Assembly (NCBI GenBank): GCA_002104945.1
Contig: MCFH01000017.1
Coordinates: 1-64,000, forward strand
From: Piromyces finnis finn
Lineage: Eukaryota; Fungi; Neocallimastigomycota
Length of the DNA stretch: 64,000 bases
Reading direction: 5' to 3'
Shown: piece after piece, positions 36,378-50,607 of the stretch
How positions within the stretch are numbered: position 1 is the first letter of the stretch
Layout of the letters: each line of letters starts with the position of its first letter
Notes under the pieces: generated by a model
Seen by the model: the letters and a program-made list of their open reading frames with translations, nothing else
Database searches by the model: none
Told to the model about the DNA's origin: nothing
Position numbers and translations under genes: made by a program

Positions 36378-38675
36378 CCATTCATTATGGATGTAGCTTA
36401 CTTTCTACTAAAAATTTATTTTACATTTTTATGTTTGAACAAATAATAATTATTTTTTTTACAAGAAAATTGTGTTAAGTTTTAATCCTCCTTAATGACT
36501 GGCTACATTTATTTTTTATTATTATTATCATTACTATTATTAAAATTATTATTAGCGAAATTGTAAATAAATTAAAATTTAAATAATAAAAAATGTTTTA
36601 GCCAAATGGCCCATATGCAAATTAATTTTTAAAAAGATAAAAATGTCAATGGTAGTAGGGTTGAAATTTGATGTAAGAATGTTGTTGTTGTTGATTTTAA
36701 GTATTAATCACTTATTAATAGCAATCATTCATTATTTCTCAAACCTTCATTTTTATTCATTTTCCATTATACTATTACTATTATACTATTATTAAAATAT
36801 TATGAAGGAAACAAAAAAAAAAGTAATACTAATAAATTGCTTCATCTAATAAAAATTGAAAATTAAAAAATATTTGAAGAAAATATAGAAATAATAATAA
36901 ATTGTAAACAATTCCAATTATATCCTTTTTAGCACAAACAATAAAATATAGTAACAAGGTCACGTAATAACATTTGGTTTGAAATCTAACAAGAAATAAA
37001 GGTGTAAAAGGCATCATTCAAAATAAAGTTAATTACATATAAATTAGTATATTCAAATTTAATTGGCTATAATAATAATTAAAATAATAAAAAAGGTTAC
37101 ATTAAAAAAATTAAAGTTTAACAATTTGTTTTAAAAAAAATAGTAAACAATAAAATTTTCTTATTTACAGAGGATTAGATTATGGATTTCTACAATTATC
37201 ACATGAATATTTAACTTTTATTTATCATACATTTATGTTAATAGCATATATTTATAAATATCCACGTGAACAGTAATTTAATTAATTAAACTTTTAAAAC
37301 GATTGAAATCTACAATTTTCTTATTACTATGATTATTCGTTATTTGCTATTGTTGTTGGTATTACTACTACTATTATAAAAATTAAAAGCATTAAAGTTA
37401 CTACACTTATTATAATTTATTATTTATGATCTTTTTCATCATTTATATTTTAAATAATAATAAATTTAATATATATTTTTATCTTTAATAATAATAATAA
37501 TAACTCTTTATATTCAAAAAAATATGTAATCCTACAATTTTTTTTTTATAATTTACTTTATCATTTATAATGGTAGTTTTATTTCATAATGGATTTTAGC
37601 AACACTTGTTATGATTATAAAAATATTTGTTACGTATAAATAATGTAATATATTCATTCTTTTTATATCCATTTCTCTTTTTCAGAATAACTAAAAAGAA
37701 TGAAATTAAAAAGTGTATAATATTAAAGGTTTAACAACAAAAAAATACAATTTTTTATAGTAATAGAAAAAAATAAATGTTAAACTCTAAAAGTGGAATT
37801 AAATACAATTAAAAAAATACTTTTATTTTACCATAAAATAATTGTATATATCTCTATTATTATTAAATAAAAATTATTTTTTATTAAATTTACTTGATAT
37901 ATTTTATATTCTTTTTTTTTTTTTTTTACTTTAACCATAATGAATTAGTATAAATCCTAGATTTCCCTAGGGCCGGATTTTTGGCCCACTGGAAAAAAAA
38001 TCCAGCACAGGGATAATATTCTACCATCACTTGCTTTTTCTTTAATTAAAATCAAACAATCTAACCCTCAATCACAAAACCTTAATCCTTAATTTTATTT
38101 TTATTATCAAAAATAATTAAATTTTATTTTTTAATAAAACCTATGTCTTATATTTAATAAAAAATTAAGCATCCAATAAGTTTCATTATTTAATTTTTTT
38201 ATGAGATTTTACTATTATAATTAAGGTTGTATGATATTTTTAAAAAATTTAATTATATTAAAAATAGAATAATTAATAATGAATTAATTTAATGGGTATA
38301 CCCTAAATAATGAAAACTATCTAGAATGAATGATAGTATCATTGACATAGTCATACTAATAATAATAATGTTTAAAAAACTAAAGTGTTAAAAAAGAATA
38401 TTTAATATTTAATTATATCATATTAAAATAAAAAAAAATATGAAGATAAAGACAATTAATAAAAATAGAAATTAAAAAAAAAAATAATTGTTATTCATAA
38501 GAAAAATACTTTGCATTAAATAAAGTAATACTGATAATAGTTATAATACTAGTACTAGTACTAGTACTACTACTATTAATAATAATCATAATAGTTGTTA
38601 AAAAAAATTAAAAATTAAATTTGATGTTTAAATTAAAGAAGTAATAAATAATAATTCTATTTTATATAAGAGAAA

Positions 38676-40490
38676 ATGAAAAGAAGTAATATCAAGTTTT
38701 TTAATAATGACATTTTATTATTTTGTGTTATAATAACAATTTTTTTTATTGGGAAAACGGTACATGCACATTTTATAGAAAATAATGATGAGAAGGAAGG
38801 AAAAGTTATGGATAAAGAATTAGAAGCATTTAAATCATTAATTCATGGTTTGGAAACAATAAAGGCAGATGATATGGATAATACTGATGAAAATAAAAAT
38901 GATAATGATGATAAGCATATCATTGGAAATTTAATAAAAGACATAGTGAATAATGAGAAAGAAAATCAAAAGATTGAGAGTGAAACGATAGAGGAACAAA
39001 AAAACGATACCATTGAAATGCAACAACAACAACAGCAACAACAACAACAAGAAAAAAATACCACCAATGGCAATAAGGAAGATGTTATAAAAGAAAATAT
39101 AAAGGGTGAATTAAACGAAGAGGCGGCGGTTCAAAACAATAAAGGTAATGATAAAAATCAAAAATCAAAAAATTTAAGTGATCAAAAAAGTACGGTTACA
39201 CCATCTTCATCTTCTATTCAATCCAATTCTAATAAAAATCCTAAAAAGATACAATTAGTTACAGAGCCTCAAATTTTTAAAGTGGAAGATGGTGATGACA
39301 ACATTGATGCAAATAATGATGACACTTTTAACGTTAATGATAAAGAAAACGATGAGGATATAAAAAGTTTAGTTAAAATAATTGTAGAGTCAGACGGAAG
39401 TACTGGAAATGAAGCTGATGAAAAAAAGGAAGACATGTTTCATAAAATTAAAGAAGCTATAAATAATAATAGAATTAAAATACATAATTCTAAATTAGAT
39501 AAATTAGCCAAGGCAAAGGAAGAAGATTTAAAGAAAGGTTTAAAGTTTTCAAAACCTGCAGAAAAACAAATGAAAAATGAATTGAGTAGTAGTAATGATA
39601 ATATTCCAGGGGACATTTTTAATGCAGAAGAATCTTTTGTATATAAATGTTTCTATGACCAAGAATGTACAAATTTTAAGGGTTTTTCACCAGATGTCGC
39701 TAGTTGTAATAAAACTAGTAGACACTGTTCAAATTACTGCTTTGTTCAAAAAGCGTGTTTTGTAGATACAGACTGTTCTACATCATGTGGATCTTGGTGC
39801 TTAAGAGAGGATGATATGGTTTTTGGTCGTTGTGTTATGACTTTTGATGAAGGTGATTTTTGTATGGAATCTTGGAGAGTGTGTGGTGAAGGTTTATCTT
39901 GTAATCTTAATACTTATATATGTGAAAAACAACGTATTCCAATAACGTTTACCAGAATTGATTCACAAGAATCTCTTTTATCTATTGTTATATTTTTATT
40001 AGTTGCTATCTATTTAATAAAAAATAGTCGGTCTCATAATCTTATATCCTTTTTCTCTGGTTATAATATAAATGATTATTGTAGTAATACGGCTCAGGAT
40101 TATGATACATTACCGGAATATCAAAGAACAGAAGTTCTTAATGAAAATGAAATGGAGGATTTGATTGAACCACCACCAGACACAAATGCTCCAAGTAATG
40201 TCGAAGAAGCTGCTGCTTTATATGGATATATTGATGAAAACAATAACACTGTCAATTGTGACTATATACCTCTTTTATTACAAGAACGCCCAGTTCCTTA
40301 TGATCCATATAATGAACCAACCCTTCCTTATGACGTACCACCATCACCTCTTAATGAAATATCCAATGTTGATTATATACCTGTTAATGAAAATCATGAT
40401 ATCAATGTCCGTATACCATCTGTATCATCATTAAGTGATACAGAAAATATAGATCCACCACCAGACTATGATGCATCAATATTTAATTAA
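38676..40490 (+). CDS. Single-pass membrane protein with Cys-rich ectodomain and cytoplasmic PY motifs, function unknown
   Basis: N-terminal hydrophobic signal, acidic/Asn/Lys low-complexity region, Cys-rich module (CFYDQEC...C..GEGLSC..NTYICEK), TM LLSIVIFLLVAIYLI, and a tail with LPEY and PPPDY. Confidence 0.85.
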   Translation: MKRSNIKFFNNDILLFCVIITIFFIGKTVHAHFIENNDEKEGKVMDKELEAFKSLIHGLETIKADDMDNTDENKNDNDDKHIIGNLIKDIVNNEKENQKIESETIEEQKNDTIEMQQQQQQQQQQEKNTTNGNKEDVIKENIKGELNEEAAVQNNKGNDKNQKSKNLSDQKSTVTPSSSSIQSNSNKNPKKIQLVTEPQIFKVEDGDDNIDANNDDTFNVNDKENDEDIKSLVKIIVESDGSTGNEADEKKEDMFHKIKEAINNNRIKIHNSKLDKLAKAKEEDLKKGLKFSKPAEKQMKNELSSSNDNIPGDIFNAEESFVYKCFYDQECTNFKGFSPDVASCNKTSRHCSNYCFVQKACFVDTDCSTSCGSWCLREDDMVFGRCVMTFDEGDFCMESWRVCGEGLSCNLNTYICEKQRIPITFTRIDSQESLLSIVIFLLVAIYLIKNSRSHNLISFFSGYNINDYCSNTAQDYDTLPEYQRTEVLNENEMEDLIEPPPDTNAPSNVEEAAALYGYIDENNNTVNCDYIPLLLQERPVPYDPYNEPTLPYDVPPSPLNEISNVDYIPVNENHDINVRIPSVSSLSDTENIDPPPDYDASIFN

Positions 40491-40970
40491 TAAGAAGAAA
40501 AATATTTAAAATTTGATCTATTTATTTTATACAATATATAATTTCTAGCATTGTAATTTTTTTATAGTAAAAAATTTATATCAGTAATAAAGTGGATAGA
40601 TAGTCTATTATTATCTTTTTTTTTTTTTTTCTTTTAAATATATTTCTTTTTTTTAAGACAAATAAATAAACAAACAAAAAAAGTCCACATTTTGATAATG
40701 TGGATGGTAAATGTTTCATTATTTTTTTCTTATATTGATTAAAATAGTAAAAAAAAAAAAAAAAAAAATTATAAACCATTATTATTATTTAATTTTTTTT
40801 TTATTTTATATTTTGTTTTTTTGGAAATTTTTATTAAATACAAATATTATTAAAAAATAGAATAAAAATTTAAAAAATAAGATTAATAAAATTTAAAAAG
40901 AAAATATATAAATATTCTTTACTTTTTTTTTTTTTTTTTTTTTCTTTAATAATAAAAAATATAAATAAAA

Positions 40971-42195
40971 ATGTCGAATGTATTGGATGAATTGGAAGAA
41001 AGTAATGAAAACTTGTATGAAATATTAAAATTAAAAAAAGAAGCGGATGAAAAAGAAATTAAAAAGAGTTATAGAAAATTAGCATTAAAATGTCATCCTG
41101 ACAAATTAAAAAAAGATAGTTCGGAAGAAGAAAAAAAGAATGCTAACATTCTTTGGCAGAAAATTTCTATTGCTTATGACATATTATCAAATGAAAAATC
41201 TAGAACTAAATATGATAGTAATTTTATATGTTTATTTTTATTTTTATAAATATTTAGATAATTTATTTTAATAGCATAATTTTAAATTTTAAATAATGTA
41301 TATATATATTTAAAAACATTAGAAACTGGAAGTGTAAAAGAGTCAAAAGATTACAATTATTCTGATGATGATTTTTCATGGGAAAAATATTTTGAAATAT
41401 TATATGGCAATTCAGTTGATGAAGAAAAAATTAGCAATTTTGAAAAGAAATATCGATGTAAATTTTATTAAAAATAGTTATATTTAATTTTTTATAAATG
41501 AAATTGAAATTTAAAAAAAAATATAATTTCAATTTTCTTTTCTTATTTATCTTTGAATTGAATATATATATTTCCTTTAATTGAATATTTAGTTTATACA
41601 ATTGCAGACATTTATACTAATATTATTTACTTTTTTAATAATCATATTTATATACCTATTATATATACTATATTACATATATCTATTTTAAATAAATACA
41701 TTAGTTTCCGAAGAAGAAGAAAAAGAAGTATGTGATTTATATGTTAAAAGTAAGGGTGATTTAGAATATATTATGGATAATATTCCATTATGTACAGCAG
41801 ATGATTATCCACGTTTTGTAGAAATTATAGATAAAGCCATCAAAGAAAAAAAAGTTAAAAAATATAAAAAATTTAATAAGGATTATAAGGAGGCTATGAA
41901 AGCACGAAAAGATTTTGAAGAAAAAGAAAAACAAAAGTTTGAAAAGGCTAAAGCTAAAGAAAAGAAGAGTAAAAATGCAAAAAAAGAGGAAAGCATTGAT
42001 GATTTAGCTTTAATAATTCAAAATAATCGTAAGCGGAGAATGGAAAATGTTTTTGATAATCTTCTAGAAAAATATGATAAAGTTGAAAATAAAAAGAAAA
42101 AAATGAATAAAAATAAAAAGTCACCCAAGGATGATCTTCCTTCCGAAGAAGAATTTTTAAAACTTCAAGAAAAATTATTTGGCAAAAAAAAATAA
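40971..42195 (+). CDS. DnaJ-domain protein, DNAJC9-like
   Basis: J domain with HPD (IKKSYRKLALKCHPDK). Exons 40971-41217, 41323-41457 and 41705-42195. C-terminal EEEEKEVCDLY..KGDLEYIM and DLPSEEEFLKLQ motifs. Confidence 0.88.
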
Positions 42196-43046
42196 TAAAA
42201 TAATTTTTTTTTCCCTTCTCTTTGTCGTTTAATCTACCTACTACTACTATTATTATTTTATAAGCTATTAATAGTATATTAATAGTAATTTGATTATTAT
42301 TAAATACCATCAATGTAATTATTACTACTACTACTACTTAATAATAATACTTTAATAGTAATAGCAATCATTATCATCGTTATCATCATTACCATTATTA
42401 TTATTTTATCATATATAGAAATCATATTATACCAAACAAGAAATGCTTTATATTTATTTCTTTTTTTTAAACAGCAACAACAACAACAACAGTACTTGAT
42501 ACTATTTATATTTATATGTGTAAATTAAAAATAAAACAATTTTCAATCAACTTTATTATTTATTCATATCCCTTTTTAAAAAAATTATTTCATTTTTATT
42601 TGGGTATAATGAATAACTAAAAGTGTATTTCTTATTATTATTCTTCATTCATTTCTATAATTATTGAATTAAAACAAACCATATACGTATATAAAAATAA
42701 AAAAAATAAAATTTGGGAGATTATTTTAAAGTTTTCTTTTTTATTTAAGAATTTAATCAATTATTAAATATGAGTTTTGAACTTTAAAAGCTTTTTTTTT
42801 TTTTTTTTTTTAATTATTCATTCTAGTTTTTATTTAAAGAATTATAAAGAATTATTATTAAAAAAGATTATCCAATACACATTATAATTATATTTTTATT
42901 GATACTTTTTTATTTGTAGAAAAAGAGAAAAATAGAGAAATATTTTATTTTATTATATATTTTTTTTTCTTTTCTTTTATAGAGGAAATTAAATAGAAAA
43001 TACATATCCATTTAATAAAATTAATAGTTAGTTTATAGAAAACAAA

Positions 43047-43664
43047 ATGAGTGAAACTTTAAACTTTATTTGCCCATACTGCAATGAAAGTACCAAAACA
43101 GATGAAAGATTCAAGTATATTGAAGATCAAACTTATCATTTAAAATGTTTTAATTGTTCTAATTGTAAGGAACCATTACAAAATGGAAAATTCTTTTTCA
43201 ATAATACTCCAGATCAATCCTGTAAACTTTTACTTTGTTCAAAATGTCATGATGCTGCAAAACCAAAAGTTCAAGGTAACGGTCCATCAAGAGTTAATGC
43301 AGGACTTTACAATAAACCATCAAATCCACTTGCTGCCAATTCCAACAATGCTTTAAATGAATGGAAAAATACCGGTTCTCAATCTAGTTTAAGTAATGTT
43401 GAAAATGGTGGTAGTTACACCGTTAAAATTCCAAAAATCTCTCAACAACAATTAAGTACTTGTAAATGTGAAAAATGTGGTAATCGTGTCTACGAAACTG
43501 AAAAGCATTTAGCTGATGGTAAAATTTGGCATGTTAACTGTTACAGATGTACCAAATGTAATATGATTTTAAAGGGTAAGAATGGCGTAGAAACTGTCGA
43601 TAAGAAACCATATTGTGCTAAATGTAAGGAATCTGCCAAGGGAACTCATTACTTTAGACATTAA
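43047..43664 (+). CDS. Two-LIM-domain zinc-binding protein
   Basis: CPYC..H..CFNCSNC..CSKC and CEKC..H..CYRCTKC..YCAKC LIM patterns. Confidence 0.92.
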   Translation: MSETLNFICPYCNESTKTDERFKYIEDQTYHLKCFNCSNCKEPLQNGKFFFNNTPDQSCKLLLCSKCHDAAKPKVQGNGPSRVNAGLYNKPSNPLAANSNNALNEWKNTGSQSSLSNVENGGSYTVKIPKISQQQLSTCKCEKCGNRVYETEKHLADGKIWHVNCYRCTKCNMILKGKNGVETVDKKPYCAKCKESAKGTHYFRH

Positions 43665-45139
43665 TAGATTTAATAGATTTAGTATCTTTTTTTTTTAACT
43701 GAAATTATTATTGTAATAACCAATCTTAACATTGTAAAATAATAAATAAAGAAATAATAAAAAAAAAAGTATAATTATTATTGCTAAATTTTGGGTGGAG
43801 CAATGAATAATAAAATAAAAGTAATAATGTAGATGGAATTAAAAACTAAATATATATGTATATTGAAAAGTTTTCAATAGCTAGTTTAATTTTTTTATTT
43901 TTATTATTTGAATTGAGAGTGTTAATATTGTGTATATATATACATTTGTCTTTTTAATTTTAATACTTATACTATAATACAGGTAAAAGAATGGGAAAAC
44001 CACTTTTTATAATAATGAATAATTACATAAGTGAATGAATTTACAAAAGAAATTAAAATAATATCGTTATAAAAATTCTAAAGTTTTTCTTTCTTTTTTT
44101 TTTTTTTTTTTCCTTGTAAAAATAGTTAAATTGATATTTTTTTTTTTTTAGAATTTATAATAAATTCAAGTTTGAATGATCCAACTTTAACCAACAATAT
44201 TTTATTAAATTTCTATTGAAAATAATTTTTAATATATAATAATTTAATTAAGGTAATATAAAGGAATTTATATTAAATAAGAATTAGAATTAATAGTTCA
44301 TTTTATACCAGAAATAATAATAAATAATAATAATAATTAATAGTAATCATAGTTGTATATGCAGGTTATTCCATTTTTTTTATTTTAGAACTTGTAATCA
44401 ATCATTTTGTAAATATATTTAATCAGGAAAATAAAAGGTATTATTAATATTAAATATAGAAATTATATCCAGAAAAAAAAAAAAAAAAAAAAAAAAAAAA
44501 ACAATTATATGATATGTATTTTGTAAAGAAAATAAATTTAGTATAATGGATAGATTATAAAATTGGAGCCTTGAACATTTCACCAAATTTCGACATTAAA
44601 ATATACTTGTTCAATTTTTTTATTAAGTAACTAGTATTATTAGTATTAGTATTATATATATATATATATACTAGAGTATTGGAATAATCAAATTTATATA
44701 TTTAATAAAAATGAACCAACCTTTACAAAATTCTAATAATACTACCATCAGTACACATAATTAATTTCAATTCATTTTTTATTGAAACATTGATGATAAA
44801 TTTTTCAAAATACAATATTTTCCCTTATTTTAAAACCAAAGAATAATTGACAATTAAAAAAAAAAAAAAAGTTATTACTATTAATGAAATTTTTTAAATA
44901 TAAATGATTAATTGTTTATTGAGCAGCATTTCTTTTTAATTATTAAAATTAATTATTGCTATTTTTTTTTCCACAATAAAAAAGAATAATAATATTATTT
45001 CAATATTACTTTGAAGAAGAAAATTAAATAAAAATCCATTAATAAATCATTAATTATATTTATTTTTTATTTTATCATTAATATTATTTATAATATTATC
45101 ATCATAATAATAAAAGAAGAATAATAAAAAAATAATAAA

Positions 45140-45997
45140 ATGACTAAAGACAGTAAAATGGAAGTTGATCAAAACAAGATTAAGGATACAGATTCAAAGG
45201 AAAAAAGTCCAGTAAAAGAAAATGAAATGAAAGTAGATTCTCCAACAAAGGATTCAGAAAATAATAAAGAAAAAAAAGAAGAAATCGAAGATAAAAAGAA
45301 GGAAGAAAAAAAAGAAGAAACAAAAGATAAAGATTTAGAAAAGAAAAAGTTAGAAAGTGATTCTAACACCACCACCACCACCACCACCACTACTACTACA
45401 AAAGAAAAAACAACTGAAAGTAAATCTACTGTTGACCGTGAAAAAGTTTGTCCATTTTTATTACGTGTATTTTGTAAAAGAGGAAGTCATCATAGAATAG
45501 AAGATTTTACTATTAACCATCAACCTGTAGAAGATGAAATTCAAATATATACTTGGAAGGATGCTTCTTTACGTGAAATTGCTTCATTATTAGCAGAAGT
45601 TGATCCAAAATACGCAAAACATGGTAATTCTCTTTCCTTCAAGTCTGTTTATTTAGATAATATAAGAGCAAGATATAATTCCAAGGATCTTGGTGTTATC
45701 AACGTATCTAAACCATCCAAGACCGATGAGACTACTCTTGAAGAAAATAGATTTATTATTGGAGATTTTATTGATGTCGCCTTACAAACCTATGCAGATA
45801 TTCGTCGTAGTAAATATTCTTACGATCGTCAAGATAATTTTGGTGGTAGATTTGGTGGAAGTAATCTTCGTGGTAGTCTTAGTTTTGATAGAAAAAGAAA
45901 GGGAAAAATTGGGGAAAGACATGATCATTTTTCAAGAAATATGAGAGAGGATAGAAGAGGCGGTTCCTTCCGTAGTGATAGAATAGTACGTTATTAA
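45140..45997 (+). CDS. SAP18: Sin3-associated protein SAP18 homolog (ASAP complex)
   Basis: VDREKVCPFLLRVF, EIQIYTWKDASLREIASL and RFIIGDFIDVA are SAP18 signatures, with a charged N-terminus and RG-rich C-terminus. Confidence 0.9.
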   Translation: MTKDSKMEVDQNKIKDTDSKEKSPVKENEMKVDSPTKDSENNKEKKEEIEDKKKEEKKEETKDKDLEKKKLESDSNTTTTTTTTTTTKEKTTESKSTVDREKVCPFLLRVFCKRGSHHRIEDFTINHQPVEDEIQIYTWKDASLREIASLLAEVDPKYAKHGNSLSFKSVYLDNIRARYNSKDLGVINVSKPSKTDETTLEENRFIIGDFIDVALQTYADIRRSKYSYDRQDNFGGRFGGSNLRGSLSFDRKRKGKIGERHDHFSRNMREDRRGGSFRSDRIVRY

Positions 45998-47106
45998 CAT
46001 CTATGAATAAATTATTATTCCTATTCCTATTTTATATATTCTAATTTCTAAAATATCTATATCTATATTTTTTTTTTTGTATTCTTTTTCTTCTTCTTCT
46101 TCTTCTTTATTATTGTATATGATACTTGAACTTTTTTTTTTTTTTTTTTTTTAGTAATAAATAGTGTTTTGATGGTAGTAAGAAAAAAATAAAAAAAAAA
46201 GTCAAATAATAACAGTCCAACTCAAAAAAAAAAAAAAAAAAAAAAAAAAGAAACCAACATCAGAAAAAAACCATTTCATTAAATTATTATTTTTTCTTTT
46301 AATTACACCAACTCGCTATTATTATTTATTTATTTATTAGTATTATTATTATTTTTTTTATACGTATAAACTTTTATTTATCCTACCTATACTACTACTT
46401 TTAACAAAATTTTAAAATAATACTAAAATAAATATACACAATATAAGTAATAATAATGGTTTGAAAAAAAAGAAAGTTTTTTTTTTTTTTTTTTTTTTTT
46501 TTCATTTATTTTATTTTTATTTCCTCTTTACACTCTTTATTCTATTCTTCAATATTTTATTTTAAAGAAAATGTAATATTTTATACCACCTATAATAAAT
46601 ATATATTTTTTTAAAAAAAAAGAAAAAACATTATCTAAATAAACATTTTTTCTTCTAATAATCTTTTGTTTATTAAAAGGTATTTGCACTCTCGTTTCAT
46701 TTCTTTCATAACTTTTTTTATTTTAAATCTTTAATATTTACATTTTTACAACGATATTTATTTTTCTCAATATATCCATAATAATCATATTTTCAAATAT
46801 GACCCTTTTCACCACATATTTTTATTTTAAATAATTAAACTCTATTAAAAAATATATTCTCCTCTATCCAAAAAACATTATAATTTTAATTATTACAATA
46901 CTCTAACATTACTTTTATTTTCAAACATTATACAAAATTTACAACTTTTATTCTCTTTCGTTTATCATATATCAAAAAACTTCCTTTATCATCTTTCGTT
47001 CAGAATAATATGAAACTGAAATGATTTAAACTCTTAAAAATTTATATATTTTTTGATTCTTTATTTATTTAACATAATAAATAATACATTAAATATATTT
47101 ATATGC

Positions 47107-47815
47107 TTATTGTTGGTTTTGAGCACGACCACGACCAGCTCCACCACGCTATTAATTATTAAATAAAATTAAAAATATTATTAATTTCAAGTCTTTTTTA
47201 AAAAATTTTCATTTATAATCTTAATATTTTTATTGACACTTACGAAGCTTGGGTTGAAGTTACCACTTGCACCTTCCTTGTCACGTCTGCGGTATTCATC
47301 ACGTTGACCACGGTTTTCACCATCACGACGTTCTATTTTATATAAATTTAAATAATTAATTTCATTATTATTTTTTTAAGAGTTCAATAATACTTTGACA
47401 CTTACCACCTCTGAAGTTTCCTCTTGGAATGCTCTTTTGAGTCTTAATGTGGGTCTTTGGAACAATTTCTTGTGGGAGGTGGAGGTATTCTCTGAGGTAT
47501 TCAATACCCTTGTCGGTAAGGAAGTAGTAGTAGTATAACCAAGAAAATTGGACCTTAACGTATTCACGGGAAGCTAAGGATTGGAGAGCCTTAATGACGT
47601 AGAGGTTGGAAACATCAACATCTTGGTGCTTTGGGGCATTGAAATCTTTCTTGGCAACCATAACACCCTCTATTTATTTTAACATTAATAATAGTTTTAT
47701 TAATTCATCTATTCAATACTCATAATATATACTAATTATATTTTTATTTTTATCAATTTTTACCTTGGAAGAGGTATTGGTAGATAGCCTTCCTGTCTTT
47801 TTGTGGAATAAGCAT
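47107..47815 (-). CDS. RPS10: 40S ribosomal protein S10 (eS10)
   Basis: Exons 47815-47764 ([17 protein letters not shown]), 47669-47406 ([15 protein letters not shown]...[14 protein letters not shown]), 47332-47244 and 47148-47107 ([13 protein letters not shown]). Confidence 0.97.
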
Positions 47816-48804
47816 GTTGTCTATTATTATGTGATAGGATATACAATATTACATTTAATAATTTGTTCTATATAGGACATCTTAAATAAACCATTCATTC
47901 ATCCATTCAAATAAATAACGTATTAAAATTCTTTTAATAGAATTTCACATATAAATTCACAGCATTTTATAAAACACAATTAACATAAATATTCGAAAAA
48001 ACATAACACATAAAATTCATTCATAATAAAATAACATAAAACATTATTATTGATCATTATACCTTAGGTGCAATAAATTTATTAAGAGAGAGAACTATTA
48101 ATGTAACCTGTACTCAAAATCATTTTAATGATAGTAAAATTTTTTTAATAATTGATTGGAAAATCAAGAATATTTGATTGGCTAAAATCAATCACATATT
48201 AATATAAATATATAATACATTAAAGTTATAATATATGGATAATATGGATATATGAATTAATATAACAAAAATTTTTCTAGTATAAATTAATTATTATATA
48301 AAAAATAGTCAACTACTGAACTTTTTTTTTTTTTTTTGAATATAAGAATTATGGTGGTAGTTTAATAAGCACATTGTGTTTAAAAAACAACTAAACATTT
48401 TTGTCTATTATTATTTAGAACAAAGGGAAAAAAACAAAGTTAAAATTATTATTTAAAATTATGTTTTATTATATGAATAATGAAAATATATAATATTAAT
48501 AATATATATATATATTATTTAAAAATCAGAGGTTATTTAATTTTATTTTTTTTTATTATATTTTATTGTGGTTATATAATATTCTAAATTTATATGTAAA
48601 AAAAAATGATAAAAGTAAATAAATTAAAAGGTTTTAAAGAAAAAAAATGAATGTAATATTTATGGTCATAATAAAAATATAATTAATTTTTAAACAAGAA
48701 AAGACTCAATAATATTGTTTTTATCTATTTCGTTTTTTTTTAAATAAAAAAGATAATAAATTTAATTTTCATTTTTAAAAAAGTGAAAAATTAAATTTAT
48801 TAAT

Positions 48805-50576
48805 TTATTGACTAACAACAATATGCTTTCTCTTTTTAGTTGTTGTTTCTTCTGATTCTTCATTATCAAAGAATTCAGCTGATCTTTCTAAATCATATTC
48901 TTCCTTTAATTGTTTTAATGCTGCTAAATTGAAACCAATAGTATTCTATTTATAAAAATGTATAATAATTTTTTAATTGTAAGAATTTTTTAAAAAAACA
49001 TTAATAATGCCGTTGTATCATTTTTTTTATTTTTTTTTATAAAGATGAAATTACCTTTTGTTTTTGAATATTCTTTTTAGTGGCAACCTTAATTCTATTT
49101 AAGGTAACCATCATTGTTTTGGTGGCTGTTAATTGATTTTGGTGAACCTTTAATAGGAAGAAAAGAATTCTACAAGTAAGCTTGATTTCCAATCCCTTTA
49201 TTTTTTTTTTTAGCAAAATTAGAAATGAATTTTTATTATATGTTAGGCTCTTAAAACTTGGTTTTTGTAAATATTATTGATATATTTATAGAATTCTTTT
49301 TACCTTTTCAATCCAGAAAGCAATACTTTCAAATAACATTATAACCTTTGAGAATGGAAGAACTAATAATGCTTCTTCAAGTTCACTGGATTTTATACTC
49401 TTAATTTCTCTTAAAACATATTCTTCTGGAGTAATATCTGGTATATTAAGAGCAAGAATATATGGATTTCTAGCTGGTTTTGGAACATTACCTCCTGGTG
49501 TAATTTTCTTTAACTATTTAATATAATTGAAAAATTCAAATTAATTTACTAATTCTATCTCTATTTAAATTTATTTATGATATTATAAATACATCATTAA
49601 TATAATTTATATGTTATTTGTTTATTAAACCTACTTGTTCATATTCTTCCATCTTTCCCTTTTCATCTTCGTAAATTTCAATGGCTTCAAGAATAGTTTC
49701 ACCAGCCTTTAAAGTTTCCATAGTTTTCTTACCGGCTGAACCGACTTCTTGAACCTCGGTTTCCATTTTTTCACCATTCTCATTTTCAACACCACTACCA
49801 ATTGGTAAGTTATTACGGTCTTCATCATTGATAGCATTTTCATTATACATTTGTTCGTATTCTTTATCTCTTTCTTCTTCAAGGAACAATGGTTCTTCAG
49901 TTTTTGTCCAAATACGAATTGATCTATCATGAGAACCTGTAACTACAAAATTACCATATTTACCAACAGCAATAGCCCAAACTTCGCTATGATGACCTTC
50001 TAATTTTTGAATATTTTCAAACTATAAATAATATATTTAAATAAATATTCATATTTTAATTCATTTTTTTTAAATATATTTTTAAATATTCATAATTTAA
50101 TTCATATTTTTTAAAGATTATTGATTAATTTTATTATTCTTATTACTAATGGGTTTAAATAAAATTATAATTTTACCTTATCACAATCCCAGTATTTAAC
50201 AATTTTGTCCTTACTAACAGTGAATAAATAATGGGTACCCCAAACAAATTGACATTGCATAATACTGTCTTGGTGAGCAAAGATAGATTTATGACAATCA
50301 CCAAAATCTAAACCCCATAATTTAATGGATTTATCTGCTGAAGCAGTTGCAATAAGAGTATTATCGGATGAAATATCCATAGAAAGAACTGGTAATTTGT
50401 GACCATATAAAGATAAGAAGAATTTTAATGTATCGTGATAGAAGACCTTAACAGTACAGTCAAGAAGAGAAATGGCAATTAATTTTTGGTTTTGACTGTA
50501 ACGAACGCATAAAACATCATCAGACATTCTTAAAGTACGCATATGAATAGCACTTAAACGTCTCATACCCTATTTA

Positions 50577-50607
<31 letters not shown>

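Noticed and set aside
37949-38010. GC-rich patch cctagatttccctagggccggatttttggcccactgg as a second MITE copy
   Set aside because: Only the left-end similarity is visible and no matching right TIR was found.
38061-38068. CTAACCCT telomerase-template-like octamer (also at ~32196)
   Set aside because: Too short, and no pseudoknot or other structured context is visible.
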